From: Antedon mediterranea | Lineage: Eukaryota; Animalia; Echinodermata | DNA length: 64,000 nucleotides | Direction of reading: 5' to 3' | Assembly (NCBI RefSeq): GCF_964355755.1 | Contig: NC_092680.1 | Span: 13,525,045 to 13,589,044 of the forward strand | Part shown: positions 23,701 through 36,844 of the stretch, in pieces | How the letters are laid out: every line of letters starts with the position of its first letter | Position numbering within the stretch: the stretch's first letter is position 1 | The notes under the pieces: generated by a model | What the model was told of the DNA's origin: nothing | The model's database searches: none | Seen by the model: the letters and a program-made list of their open reading frames with translations, nothing else | Translations under genes and position numbers: made by a program

Positions 23701-26700
23701 TGACGTCACAATGTCCGGTTAGCCATATCGATGCATGATTTGATATTTACAACTCATCTACTTTTAGAATCTGAAATTTTAAATATTTTCACCACGGAGT
23801 TTAGAATCTATGACTTTTTAAAAAAAGGCATAATTTTCACGAATTTTTTAACTTTTTCATCAAAAACGCGCGCAAATTGTTCAATTCTACGTGCTCGTAT
23901 GACGTGATTTTAAGTCGAAATTGTTTGAAAGTTGGTAAATTTACTAGAAAAGACTGAAAAAACAAAAATCAAGCAAAAAAAAGATGTTTTTGCGCTACGT
24001 GCGCACGCGCGCGTAAAAAATATGCGCACGCGTGGGAATTTTTGAAATGCTCAAAATGACCTGAAACGCGTAGAAAGTTGATTAGAAATGGATTTTTCGC
24101 AATTTGAAATTTTAAACGCGCGTGCGCGCGTAACTTTCTTTAAAACATGCCATTTTCTCTCCATAGAAAGTTAGCGCATGATATGACTTAAATTTTTACC
24201 AAGTTTCAATACAAAATTACTTTTAGTTTTTATTCTATAATCAATCATTGAAATTCATAAAATCGCACGTAACTTACGCTGCGCGACTCTAAAGTCAAAA
24301 AACGAAACGTCCTGCACATCTACCGCTACAGGTCAATATTATGACAAAGTTACACAATCTTATGTTGGCCAGAATTAGAGATATGCGTGCAACAAAATTC
24401 GTGGAAAGAAAGAAGAAAATAGAAACTAGATTTGAACTCGTCACTACGGACGAGTTAGGTTATCCGCCTCGCAAAACCCACGCGCATGACACCTAAGTTA
24501 GAATATTGCGCGCAGAAAAACGATTATGCCATTGAAAAAATGTTAGTGAGCCCTCTATTTTGTGTCGCGTCTAAGTGTGTACGGTATACACTATATACTG
24601 TATACGTACTACATACAGTGCAGAATAGGTGAAAATAAGTGACCAAAGTTATTGACGCATTTGAACATGATGACGTCATCACAATTTTAAAAATGGTGAA
24701 TCATGCGAAAGATAATTGATTGATCTAGACAATATAAAAAAATTGAGTAAAATGGAATACGGATAAGTGGAGATGCGCTCTATTAAATTTGACGAGCTAT
24801 GACGAAAGAGAAAAAAATCCTATATTTTATATTCGGGTGGCCATACGATAACGTAACAATGTCCGGTTAGCCATATCAATGCATGATTCAAGAAAAACAA
24901 CTCATCTACTTCCAGAATATGTAATTTTAAAAAAGTTCACCACGTAGTTTAGAAGTTATGACTGTTTAAAAAAAGGTCTAATTTTGACGATTTTTTGAAG
25001 TTTTTCATCAAAAACACGCGCAAATTATCCAATTCTACGTGCTCGTGTGACGTGATTATAAGTCGAAATTGATTGAAAATTTATAAATTTTCTAGAAAAG
25101 GCTGAAAAAATAAAAATCAAGCAAAAAAAAGATGTTTTTGCGCTACGTGCGCACGCGCGCGTAAAAAATTAGCGCACGCGTGGGAATTTTTGAAATGCTC
25201 AAAATGACATGAAACGCATAGAAAGTTGATTAGAAATTGATTTATCGCATTTTGAAATTTTAAACGCGCGTGCGCGCGTAACTTTTTAAAACCATGCCAT
25301 TTTTAATCCATAGAAAGTTAGCGCATGATATGACTTAAATTTTCACCAAGTTTCAATACAAAATGACTTTTGGTTTTTAATCTATGATCAATCATTGAAA
25401 TTCATAAAATCGCGCGTAACTTACGCTGCGCGACTCGAAAATCAAAAAACAAAGTTTCTTGCACATCTACAGATATAGGTCAATCTTATGACAAAGTTAT
25501 ACAATCATTTGTTAGCCAGAATTAGAGATATGCTTGCAACAAAATTCGTGGAAAGAAAGAAGAAAAAAGAAAAAAAAGAAAAAAAATAAAAAAAAAAAGA
25601 TCCTGACAATAACAAGGGGTTATCCGCCAAGTGCGGATAACCAAAAAAAAGAGAAAAAAAAAAAGAAAAAAAAAAAAGATCCTGACAATAACAAGGGGTT
25701 ATCCGCCAAGTGCGGATAACCAACTAGATTTGAACTCGTCACTACGGACGAGTTAGGTTATCCGCATCGCAAAACCCACGCGCATGACACCTAAGTTAGA
25801 ATATTGCGCGCAGAAAAACGATTATGCCATTGAAAAAATGTTAGTGAGCCCTCTATTTTGTGTCGCGTCTAAGTGTGTACGGTATACACTATATACTGTA
25901 TACGTACTACATACAGTGCAGAATAGGTGAAAATAAGTGACTAAAGTTATTGACGCTTTTGAACATGATGACGTCATCACACATTTAAAATTGGTAAATC
26001 ATACGAAAGATAATTGATTGACCTAAACAATATATAAAAATGGGGGGAAATGGAATACGGATAAGTGGAGATGCGCTATATTAAATGTGACGAGCTACGA
26101 GGAAAGAGACAAAAATCCTATATTTTATATTCGAGTGGCCATACGATGACGTCACAATGTCCGGTTAGCCATATTGATGCATGATTTGATATCTGCAACT
26201 CATCTTCTACCAGAATATGTAATTATAAAAAAGTTCACCACGTAGTTTAGAATCTATGACTGTTTAAAAAAAGGCATAATTTTCACAAATTTTTGAACTT
26301 TTCCATAAAAAATGCGCGCAAATTGTTTAATTCTACATGCTCGTATGACGTGATTTTAAGTCGAAATTGATTGAAAATTTATAAATTTACTAGAAAAGGC
26401 TGAAAAAACAAAAATCAAGCAAAAAAAGGATGTTTTTGCCCTACGTGCGCACGCGCGCGTAAAAAAAATGCGCACGCGTGGGAATTTTTGAAATGCTCAA
26501 AATGACATGAAACGCGTAGAAAGTTGATTAGAAATTGATTTTTCACATTTTGAAATTTTAAACGCGCGTGCGCGCGTAACTTTTTGTAAAACATGCTATT
26601 TTTAATCCATAGAAAATTTGCGCATGATATGACTTAAATTTTCACCAAGTTTCAATACAAAATGACTTTTAGTTTTTATTCTATGATCAATCATTGAAAT

Positions 26701-28102
26701 TCACAAAATCGCGCGTAACTTACGCTGCGCGACTCGAAATTTGAAAATAAAAGTTTCTTGCACATCTACAGCTACATATCAATCTTATGAAAAAGTTATA
26801 CAATCATATGTTGCCCAAAATTAGAGATATGCGACCAACAAAATTCGTGGAAAGAAAGAAGAAAATAGAAAAAAAAAGAGAAACTAGATTTGAACTCGTC
26901 ACTACGGACGAGTTAGGTTATCCGCAGTCCTAAAGCCACGTGCACGTCATACGTTGGAATATTGCGCGCAGAAAAACGATTATGCCATTGAAAAAATGTG
27001 AGTGCGCTCTCTATTTTGTGTCACGTCAACGTGTATACGGTATACACTATATACCGTATACGTACTACATACAGTTCAGAATAGGTGAAAATAAGTGACC
27101 AAAGTTATTGACGCTTTTGCACATGATGACGTCATAACAATTTTTAAAATGGTGAATCATGCGAAAGATAATTGATTGACATAGACAATATAAAGAAATG
27201 GAGGGCAATGGAATACGGATAAGTGGAGATGCGCTCTATTAAATGTGATGAGCTATACGAAAGAGAAAAAAATCCTATATTTTATATTCAAGTGGCCATA
27301 CGATGACGTCACAATGTCCTGATAGCCATATTGATACATGATTCGATATCTACAACTCATCTACTACCAGAATATGTAATTATAAAAAAGTTTACCACGT
27401 AGTTTAGAATCTATGACTGTTTAAAAAAAGGCATAATTTTGACAAATTTTTGGACTTTTTCATCAAAATTGCGCGCAAATTGTTTAATTCTACGTGCTCG
27501 TATGACGAGATTTTAAGGCAAAATTGATTGAAAATTGGTAAATATATTATAAAAGGCAGAAAAAACGAAAATCAAGCAAAAAAAAGATGTTTTTGCGCTA
27601 CGTGCGCACGGGCGCGTAAAAAAAGTGCGCACGCGTGGGAATTTTTGAAATGCTCAAAATGACATGAAACGCGTAGAAAGTTGATTAGAAATGAATTTTG
27701 CGCATTTTGAAATTTTGAACGCGCGTGCGCGCGTAACTTTATGTAAAACATGCCATTTTTAATCCACAGAAAGTTTGCGCATGATATAACTTAAATTTTC
27801 ACCAAGTTTCAATAGAAAATGACTTTTTGTTTTTAATCTATGATCAATTATTGAAATTCATAAAATTGCGCGTAACTTACGCTGCGCAACTCAAAAATCA
27901 AAAAACAAAGTTTCTTGCACATCTACAGATATAGGTCAATCTTATGACAAAGTTATACAATCATTTGTTAGCCAGAATTAGAGATATGCTTGCAACAAAA
28001 TTCGTGGAAAGAAAGAAGAATATAGAAAAAAAAAAAAAAGAAAAAAAAAAAAAAAAAGATCCTGACAATAACAAGGGGTTATCCGCCAAGTGCGGATAAC
28101 CA
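20796..28102. repeat. Six-monomer block (~7.3 kb), copy 2
   Basis: Same monomer order, diagnostic variants and junction types as 7044-14351. The only difference I noticed is one A fewer in the last A-tract. Confidence 0.95.
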
Positions 28103-28156
28103 AAAAAAAAAGATCCTGACAATAACAAGAGGTTATCCGCCAAGTGCGGATAACCA
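25723..28156 (-). mobile_element. Nested pair: host split at 26883; insert 26883-28101; displaced cap region 28102-28156
   Basis: The host ends ...aaaagagaa|actag with no cap, and the next unit carries two caps separated by a pure A run. Confidence 0.7.
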
Positions 28157-31100
28157 ACTAGATTTGAACTCGTCACTACGGACGAGTTAGGTTATCCGCA
28201 GCGCAAAGGCCACGTGCACGTCATACGTAGAATATCGCGCGCAGAAAAACGATTATGCCATTGAAAAATGTTAGTGCGCTCTCTATTTTGCGTCACGTCA
28301 AAGTATATACGGTATACGCTATATTCTGTATACGTACTACATACAGTGCAGAATAGGTGAAAATAAGGGACCCTAGTTATTGACGCTTTTGACCATGATG
28401 ACGTCATCACAATCTTAAAAATTGTTAACCATGCGAAAGATAATTGATTGATCTAGACAATATAAAAAATTGAGGGAAATGGAATACGGATAAGTGGAGA
28501 TGCGCTCTATTAAATGTGACGAGCTATGACGAAAGAGAAAAAAATCCTATATTTTTTATTCGAGTGGCCATACGATGACGTCATAATATTCATTTAGCCA
28601 TATTAATGCAAGATTCGATAAAGACAACTCATCTACTTCCAGAATCTGAAATTTAAAAAAAGTTCACCTTGTAGTTTACAATCTATGACTGTTTTAAAAA
28701 AGGCATAATTTTGACAAATTTTTGAACTTTTTCATCAAAAACGCGCGCAAATTGTTCAATTCTACGTGCTCGTATGACGTGATTTTAAGTCGAAATTGAT
28801 TGAAAATTGGTAAATTTACTATAAATAGCTGAAAAAACAAAAATCAAGAAAAAAAAAGATGTTTTTGCGCCACGTGCGTACGCGCGCGTAAAAAAATTGC
28901 GCACGGATGGGAATTTTTGAAATGCTCTAAATGACATGAAACGCGTAGAAAGTTGATTAGAAGTTGATTTTACGCATTTTGAAATTTTAAACGCACGTGC
29001 GCGCGTCACTTTCTGTGAAACATGCCATTTTTAATCCATAGAAAGTTTGCCTTTGATATAACTTAAATTTTCACCAAGTGTTATTATAAAGTGACTTTTA
29101 TTTTTTATCCTATGATCAATCATTGAAATTCATAAAATCGCGCGTAACTTACGCTGCGCAACTCGAAATTTGAAAAAAAAAGTTTCTTGCACATCTGCAG
29201 CTACAGGGCAATCTTTTGACAAAGTTATACAATCTTATGTTGGCTAAAATTAGAGATACGCCGCCAACAAAATTCGTGGAAAGAAAGAAGAATATAGAAA
29301 AAAAAAAAAAAGAAAAAAAAAAAAAAAGATCCTGACAATAACAAGGGGTTATCCGCCAAGTGCGGATAACCAAAGAGAAAAATAAAAAAAAAAAGATCCT
29401 GACAATAACAAGGGGTTATCCGCCAAGTGCGGATAACCAACTAGATTTGAACTCGTCACTACGGACGAGTTAGGTTATCCGCAGTCCTAAAGCCACGTGC
29501 ACGTCATACGTTGGAATATTGCGCGCAGAAAAACGATTATGCCATTGAAAAAATGTGAGTGCTCTCCTCTATTTTTCGTCACGTCTAACTATATACGGTA
29601 TACACTATATACTGTATACGTACTACATACAGTGCAGAATAGGTGAAAATAAGTGACCAAAGTTATTGACGCTTTTGAACATGATGACGTCATCACAGTT
29701 TTAAAAATTGTGAATCGTGCGAAAGATAATTGATTGACTTAGACAACATAAAAAAATGGGGGGAAATGGAATACAAATAAGTGGAGATGCGCTATATTTA
29801 ATGTTATGAGCTATGACGAAAGAGACAAAAATCCTATATTTGATATTCGTGTGGCCATACGATGACGTCACAATGTCCCGTTAGCCAAATCGATCCATGA
29901 TTCTATATCTACAACTCATCTACATTCAGAATATGTAATTTTAAAAAAGTTCACCACGTAGTTCAGAATCTATGACTGTTTAAAAAAAGGCATAATTTTG
30001 ACGAATTTTTGAACTTTTTCATCAAAAATGCGCGTAAATTGTTTAATTCTACGTGCTCGTATGACGTGATTTTAAGTCGGAATTGTTTGAAAGTTGGTAA
30101 AATTACTAGAAAAGGCTGAAAAAACAAAAATCAAGCCAAAAAAACATGTTCTTGCCGTACGTGCGCACGCGCGCGTAAAAATATTGCGCACGCGTGGGAA
30201 TTTTTGAAATGCTCAAAATGACATGAAACGCGTAGAAAGTTGATTAGAAATGAATTTTGCGCATTTCAAACTTTTGAACGCGCGTGCGCGCGTAATTTTT
30301 TGTGAAACATGCCATTTTTAATCCATAGAAAGTTTGCGCATTATAAGACTTAAATCTTCACCAAGTTTCAATACAAAACGACTTTTAGTTTTTATTCTAT
30401 GATCAATCATTGAAATTCACAAAATCGCGCGTAACTTACGCTGCGTGACTTAAAATTTGAAAAAGAAAGTTTCTTGCACATCTACAGCTACAGGGCAATC
30501 TTTTGACAAAGTTATACAATCATTTGTTAGCCAGAATTAGAGATACGCTGCGAACAAAATTCGTGGAAAGAAAGAAGAATATAGAAAAAAAAAAAAAAAA
30601 AAAAGAAAAAAAAGATCCTGACAATAACAAGGGGTTATCCGCCAAGTGCGGATAACCAACTAGACTTGAACTCGTCACTACGGACGAGTTAGGTTATCCG
30701 CAGAGCAAACGCCACGTGCACGTCATACGTTAGAATATTGCGCAGAGAAAACCATTATGCCATTGAAAAAAATGTTAGTGAGCCCTCTATTTTGTGTCAC
30801 GTCTAAGTATATACGGTATACGCTATACTGTATACGTACTACATACAGTTCAGAATAGGTGAAAATAAGTGACCAAAGTTATTGACGCTTTTGCAAATGA
30901 TGACGTCATAACAATCTTAAAAATTGTTAACCATGCGAAAGATAATTGATTGACCTAGAAAATATAACAAAATGGGGGGAAATGGAATACGGATAAGTAG
31001 AGATGCGCTCTATTAAATGTGATGAGCTATGCGAAAGAGACAAAAATCCTATATTTTATATTCCAGTGGCCATACGATGACGTCACAATGTCCGGTTAGC

Positions 31101-31935
31101 CATATGGATGCATGATTTGATATCTACAACTCATCTACATTCAGAATATGTAATTTTAAAAAAGTTCACCACGTAGTTTAGAATCTATGACTGTTTAAAA
31201 AAAGGCATAATTTTGACAAATTTTTGAACTTTTTCATCAAAAATGCGCGTAAATTGTTTAATTCTACGTGCTCGTATGACGTGATTTTAAGTTGAAATTG
31301 TTTGAAAGTTGGTAAATTTACTAAAAAAGACAGGAAAAACAAAAATCAAGCAAAAAAAATGATGTTTTTGCGCTACGTGCGCACGCGCGCGTAAAAAAAT
31401 TGCGCACGCGTGGGAATTTTTCAAATGCTCAAAATGACATGAAACGCGTAGAAAGTTGATTAGAAATTGATTTTTCGCATTTTGAAATTTTAAACGCGCG
31501 TGCACGCGTAACTTTTTCTAAAACATGCCATTTTTAATCCATAGAAAGTTTGCGCTTGATATGACTTAAATTTTCACCAAGTTTCAATACAAAATGACTT
31601 TTGATTTTTAATCTATGACCAATCATTGAAATTCATAAAATTGCGCGTAACTTACGCTGCGCGACTCTAAAGTTAAAAAACGAAACGTCCTGCACATCTA
31701 CAGCTAGAGGTCAATCTTATGACAAAGTTACACAATCTTATATTGGCCAGAATTAGAGATACGCTGCGAACAAAATTCCGGGAAAGAAAGAAGAATAAGA
31801 TAGAAAAAAAAAAAAAAGAAAAAAAAAGATCCTGACAATAACAAGGGGTTATCCGCCAAGTGCGGATAACCAAAAAAAAAAAAAAAAAAAGATCCTGACA
31901 ATAACAAGGGGTTATCCGCCAAGTGCGGATAACCA

Positions 31936-34318
31936 ACTAGATTTGAACTCGTCACTACGGACGAGTTAGGTTATCCGCAGTGCAAAAGCCACGTGCACGT
32001 CATGCGTTAGAATAGTGCGCGCAAAAAAATAAACGATTATGGCATTGAAAAATGTTAGTGCGCTCTCTATGTTGCGTCGCGTCTAAGTATATACGGTATA
32101 ACACTATATACTGTATACGTACTACATACAGTGCAGAATAGGTGAAAATAAGTGACCAAAGTTATTGACGCATTTGAACATGATGACGTCATCACAATTT
32201 TTAAAATGGTGGATCATGCGAAAGGTAATTGATTGATCTAGACAATATAAAAAAATTGAGTGAAATGGAATAAGGATAAGTAGAGATGCGCTCTATTAAA
32301 TTGACGAGCTATGACGAAAGAGAAAAAAATCCTATATTTTATATTCGGGTGGCCATACGATGACGTCACAATGTCTGGTCAGCCATATCAATGCATGATT
32401 CGAGAAAAACAACTCATCTACTTCCAGAATCTGAAATTATAAATATTTTCACCTCGGAGTTTAGAATCTATGACTGTTTTAAAAAAGGCATAATTTTGAC
32501 GAATTTTTGAACTTTTTCTTCAAAAACGCGCGCAAATTGTTCAATTCTACGTGCTCGTATGACGTGATTTTAAGTCGAAATTGATTGAAAATTGGTAAAT
32601 GTACTAGAAAAGGCTGAAAAAACAAAAATCAAGCAAAAAAAAGATGTTTTTGCGCTACGTGCGCACGCGCGCGTAAAAAATATGCGCACGCGTGAGAATT
32701 TTTGAAATGCTCAAAATGACCTGAAACGCGTAGAAAGTTGATTAGAAATGAATTTTTCGCAATTTGAAATTTTAAACGCGCGTGCGCGCGTAACTTTATG
32801 TCAAACATGCCATTTTTAATCCATAGAAAGTTTGCCCTTGATATGACTTAAATGTTCACTAAGTGTCATTACAAAATGACTTTTGCTTTTTAGTCTATGT
32901 TAAATACGCGAAATTCATAAAATCGCGCGTAGCTTACGCTGCGCGACTCTAAAGTAAAAAAACGAGCTGTCCTGCACTTCTACACATAGAGGTAAATCTT
33001 CTGACAAAGTTATACGATGTAATGTTGATCAGAATTTGAGATACACGTGACACAAAATTTTGGGAAAGAAAGAAGAATAACATAGAAAACTAGATTTGAA
33101 CTCGTCACTACGGACGAGTTAGGTTATCCGCAGCGCAAAAGCCACGTGCACGTCGTACGTTAGAATATTTCGCGCAGAAAAACGATTATACCATTGAAAA
33201 AAATGTTAGTGCGCCCTCTATTTTGTGTCACGTCTGAGTATATACGGTATAAACTATGTACTGTATACGTACTACATACAGTGCAGAATAGGTGAAAAGA
33301 AGTGACCAAAGTTATTGACGCTTTTGAACATGATGACGTCATAACAATTTTTAAAATGGTAAATCATGCGAAAGATAATTGGTTGACCTAGACAAAATAA
33401 ACAAATTGAGGGAAATGGAATACGGATAAGTGGAGATGCGCTCTATTAAATGTGACGAGCTATGACGAAAGTGACAAAAATCCTATATTTAATATTCGAG
33501 TGGCCAAACGATGACGTCACAATGTCCGGTTCGCCATATTGATACATGATTCGATATCTACAACTCATTATCTTCCAGAATGTGTAATTTAAAAAAAATT
33601 CTCCTCGTAGTTTTCAATCTATGACTGTTTTAAAAAAGGCATAATTTTGACGAATTTTTGAACTTTTTCTTCAAAAATGCGCGCAAATTGTTCAATTCTA
33701 CGTGCTCGTATGACGTGATTTTAAGTCAAAATTGATTGAAAATTGGTAAATTTACTAGAAAAGGCTGAAAAAACAAAAATCAAGCAAAAAAAAGATGTTT
33801 TTTCGCTACGTGCGCACGCGCGCGTAAAAAATATGCGCACGCGTTGGAATTTTTGAAATGCTCAAAATGACCTGAAACGCGTAGAAAGTTGATTAGAAAT
33901 GGATTTTTCGCAATTTGAAATTTTAAACGCGCGTGCGCGCGTAACTTTATGTCAAACATGCCATTTTTAATCCATAGAAAGTTTGCCCTTGATATGACTT
34001 AAATGTTCACCAAGTGTCATTACAAAATGACTTTTGGTTTTTAGTCTATGTTAAATACGCGAAATTCATAAAATCGCGCGTAGCTTACGCTGCGCGACTC
34101 TAAAGTAAAAAAACGAGCTGTCCTGCACTTCTACACATAGAGGTAAATCTTCTGACAAAGTTATACGATGTAATGTTGATCAGAATTTGAGATACACGTG
34201 ACACAAAATTTTGGGAAAGAAAGAAGAATAACATAGAAAAAAAAAAAAAAGATCCTGACAATAACAAGAGGTTATCCGCCAAGTGCGGATAACCAATTAT
34301 CCGCCAAGTGCGGATAAC

Positions 34319-34353
<35 letters not shown>

Positions 34354-34396
34354 TCCTGACAATAACAAGGGGTTATCCGCCAAGTGCGGATAACCA
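31936..34396 (-). mobile_element. Nested pair: host split at 33089; insert 33089-34320; displaced cap region 34321-34396
   Basis: The host ends aataacatagaaa|actag. The next unit has cap, 25-bp duplication, A run and a second cap. Confidence 0.7.
34272..34321. repeat. Perfect 25-bp tandem duplication of the cap hairpin
   Basis: ttatccgccaagtgcggataaccaa at 34272-34296 and again at 34297-34321. Confidence 0.95.
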
Positions 34397-36770
34397 ACTA
34401 GATTTGAACTCGTCACTACGGACGAGTTAGGTTATCCGCAGTGCAAAAGCCACGTGCACGTCATACGTTAGAATAGTGCGCGCAAAAAAATAAAACGATT
34501 ATGGCATTGAAAAATGTTAGTGCGCTCTCTATGTTGCGTCGCGTCTAAGTATATACGGTATAACACTATATACTGTATACGTACTACATACAGTGCAGAA
34601 TAGGTGAAAATAGGTGACCAAAGTTATTGACGCATTTGAACATGATGACGTCATCACAATTTTTAAAATGGTGGATCATGCGAAAGGTAATTGATTGATC
34701 TAGACAATATAAAAAAATTGAGTGAAATGGAATAAGGATAAGTAGAGATGCGCTCTATTAAATTGACGAGCTATGACGAAAGAGAAAAAAATCCTATTTT
34801 TTTTATTCGGGTGGCCATACGATGACGTCACAATGTCCGGTTAGCCATATCAATGCATGATTCGATATCTACAACTCATCTACATTCAGAATGTGTAATT
34901 TTAAATATTTTCACCTCGGAGTTTAGAATCTATGACTGTTTTAAAAAAGGCATAATTTTGACAAATTTTTGAACTTTTTCTTCAAAAACGCGCGCAAATT
35001 GTTCAATTCTACGTGCTCGTATGACGTGATTTTAAGTCGAAATTGATTGAAAATTGGTAAATGTACTAGAAAAGGCTGAAAAAACAAAAATCAAGCAAAA
35101 AAAAGATGTTTTTGCGCTACGTGCGCACGCGCGCGTAAAAAATATGCGCACGCTTGGAAATTTTTGAAATGCTCAAAATGACCTGAAACGCGTAGAAAGT
35201 TGATTAGAAATGAATTTTTCGCAATTTGAAATTTTAAACGCGCGTGCGCGCGTAACTTTATGTCAAACATGCCATTTTTAATCCATAGAAAGTTTGCCCT
35301 TGATATGACTTAAATGTTCACTAAGTGTCATTACAAAATGACTTTTGCTTTTTAGTCTATGTTAAATACGCGAAATTCATAAAATCGCGCGTAGCTTACG
35401 CTGCGCGACTCTAAAGTAAAAAAACGAGCTGTCCTGCACTTCTACACATAGAGGTAAATCTTCTGACAAAGTTATACGATGTAATGTTGATCAGAATTTG
35501 AGATACACGTGACACAAAATTTTGGGAAAGAAAGAAGAATAACATAGAAAAACTAGATTTGAACTCGTCACTACGGACGAGTTAGGTTATCCGCAGTGCA
35601 AAAGCCACGTGCACGTCATACGTTAGAATAGTGCGCGCAAAAAAATAAAACGATTATGGCATTGAAAAATGTTAGTGCGCTCTCTATGTTGCGTCGCGTC
35701 TAAGTATATACGGTATAACACTATATACTGTATACGTACTACATACAGTGCAGAATAGGTGAAAATAAGTGACCAAAGTTATTGACGCATTTGAACATGA
35801 TGACGTCATCACAATTTTTAAAATGGTGGATCATGCGAAAGGTAATTGATTGATCTAGACAATATAAAAAAATTGAGTGAAATGGAATAAGGATAAGTAG
35901 AGATGCGCTCTATTAAATTGACGAGCTATGACGAAAGAGAAAAAAATCCTATATTTTATATTCGGGTGGCCATACGATGACGTCACAATGTCTGGTTAGC
36001 CATATCAATGCATGATTCGAGAAAAACAACTCATCTACTTCCAGAATCTGAAATTTTAAATATTTTCACCTCAGAGTTTAGAATCTATGACTTTTTAAAA
36101 AAAGGCATAATTTTCACAAATTTTTGAACTTTTTCATCAAAAACGCGCGCAAATTGTTCAATTCTACGTGCTCGTATGACGTGATTTTAAGTCGAAATTG
36201 ATTGAAAATTGGTAAATGTACTAGAAAAGGCTGAAAAAACAAAAATCAAGCAAAAAAAAGATGTTTTTGCGCTACGTGCGCACGCGCGCGTAAAAAAATA
36301 TGCGCACGCGTGGGAATTTTTGAAATGCTCAAAATGACCTGAAACGCGTAGAAAGTTGATTAGAAATGAATTTTTCGCAATTTGAAATTTTAAACGCGCG
36401 TGCGCGCGTAACTTTATGTCAAACATGCCATTTTTAATCCATAGAAAGTTTGCCCTTAATAGGACTTAAATGTTCACCAAGTGTCATTACAAAATGACTT
36501 TTGCTTTTTAGTGTATGTTAAATACGCGAAATTCATAAAATCGCGCGTAGCTTACGCTGCGCAACTCTATAGTAAAAAAACGAGCTGTCCTGCACTTCTA
36601 CAGATAGAGGTAAATCTTCTGACAAAGTTATACGATGTAATGTTGATCAGAATTTGAGATACACGTGACACAAAATTTTGGGAAAGAAAGAAGAATAACA
36701 TAGAAAAAAAAAAAAAAAAAAAAAAAGATCCTGACAATAACAAGAGGTTATCCGCCAAGAGCGGATAACC

Positions 36771-36801
<31 letters not shown>

Positions 36802-36844
36802 TCCTGACAATAACAAGGGGTTATCCGCCAAGTGCGGATAACCA
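34397..36844 (-). mobile_element. Nested pair: host split at 35552; insert 35552-36770; displaced cap region 36771-36844
   Basis: The host ends aataacatagaaaa|actag and the next unit carries two caps. Confidence 0.7.

Noticed and set aside
31673-31955. Minus-strand Phe-rich and plus-strand Lys-rich ORFs (MVIRTWRITP..., MTSSNLVGYP...)
   Set aside because: These are translations of the cap and A/T homopolymers, and the frames shift with tract length.
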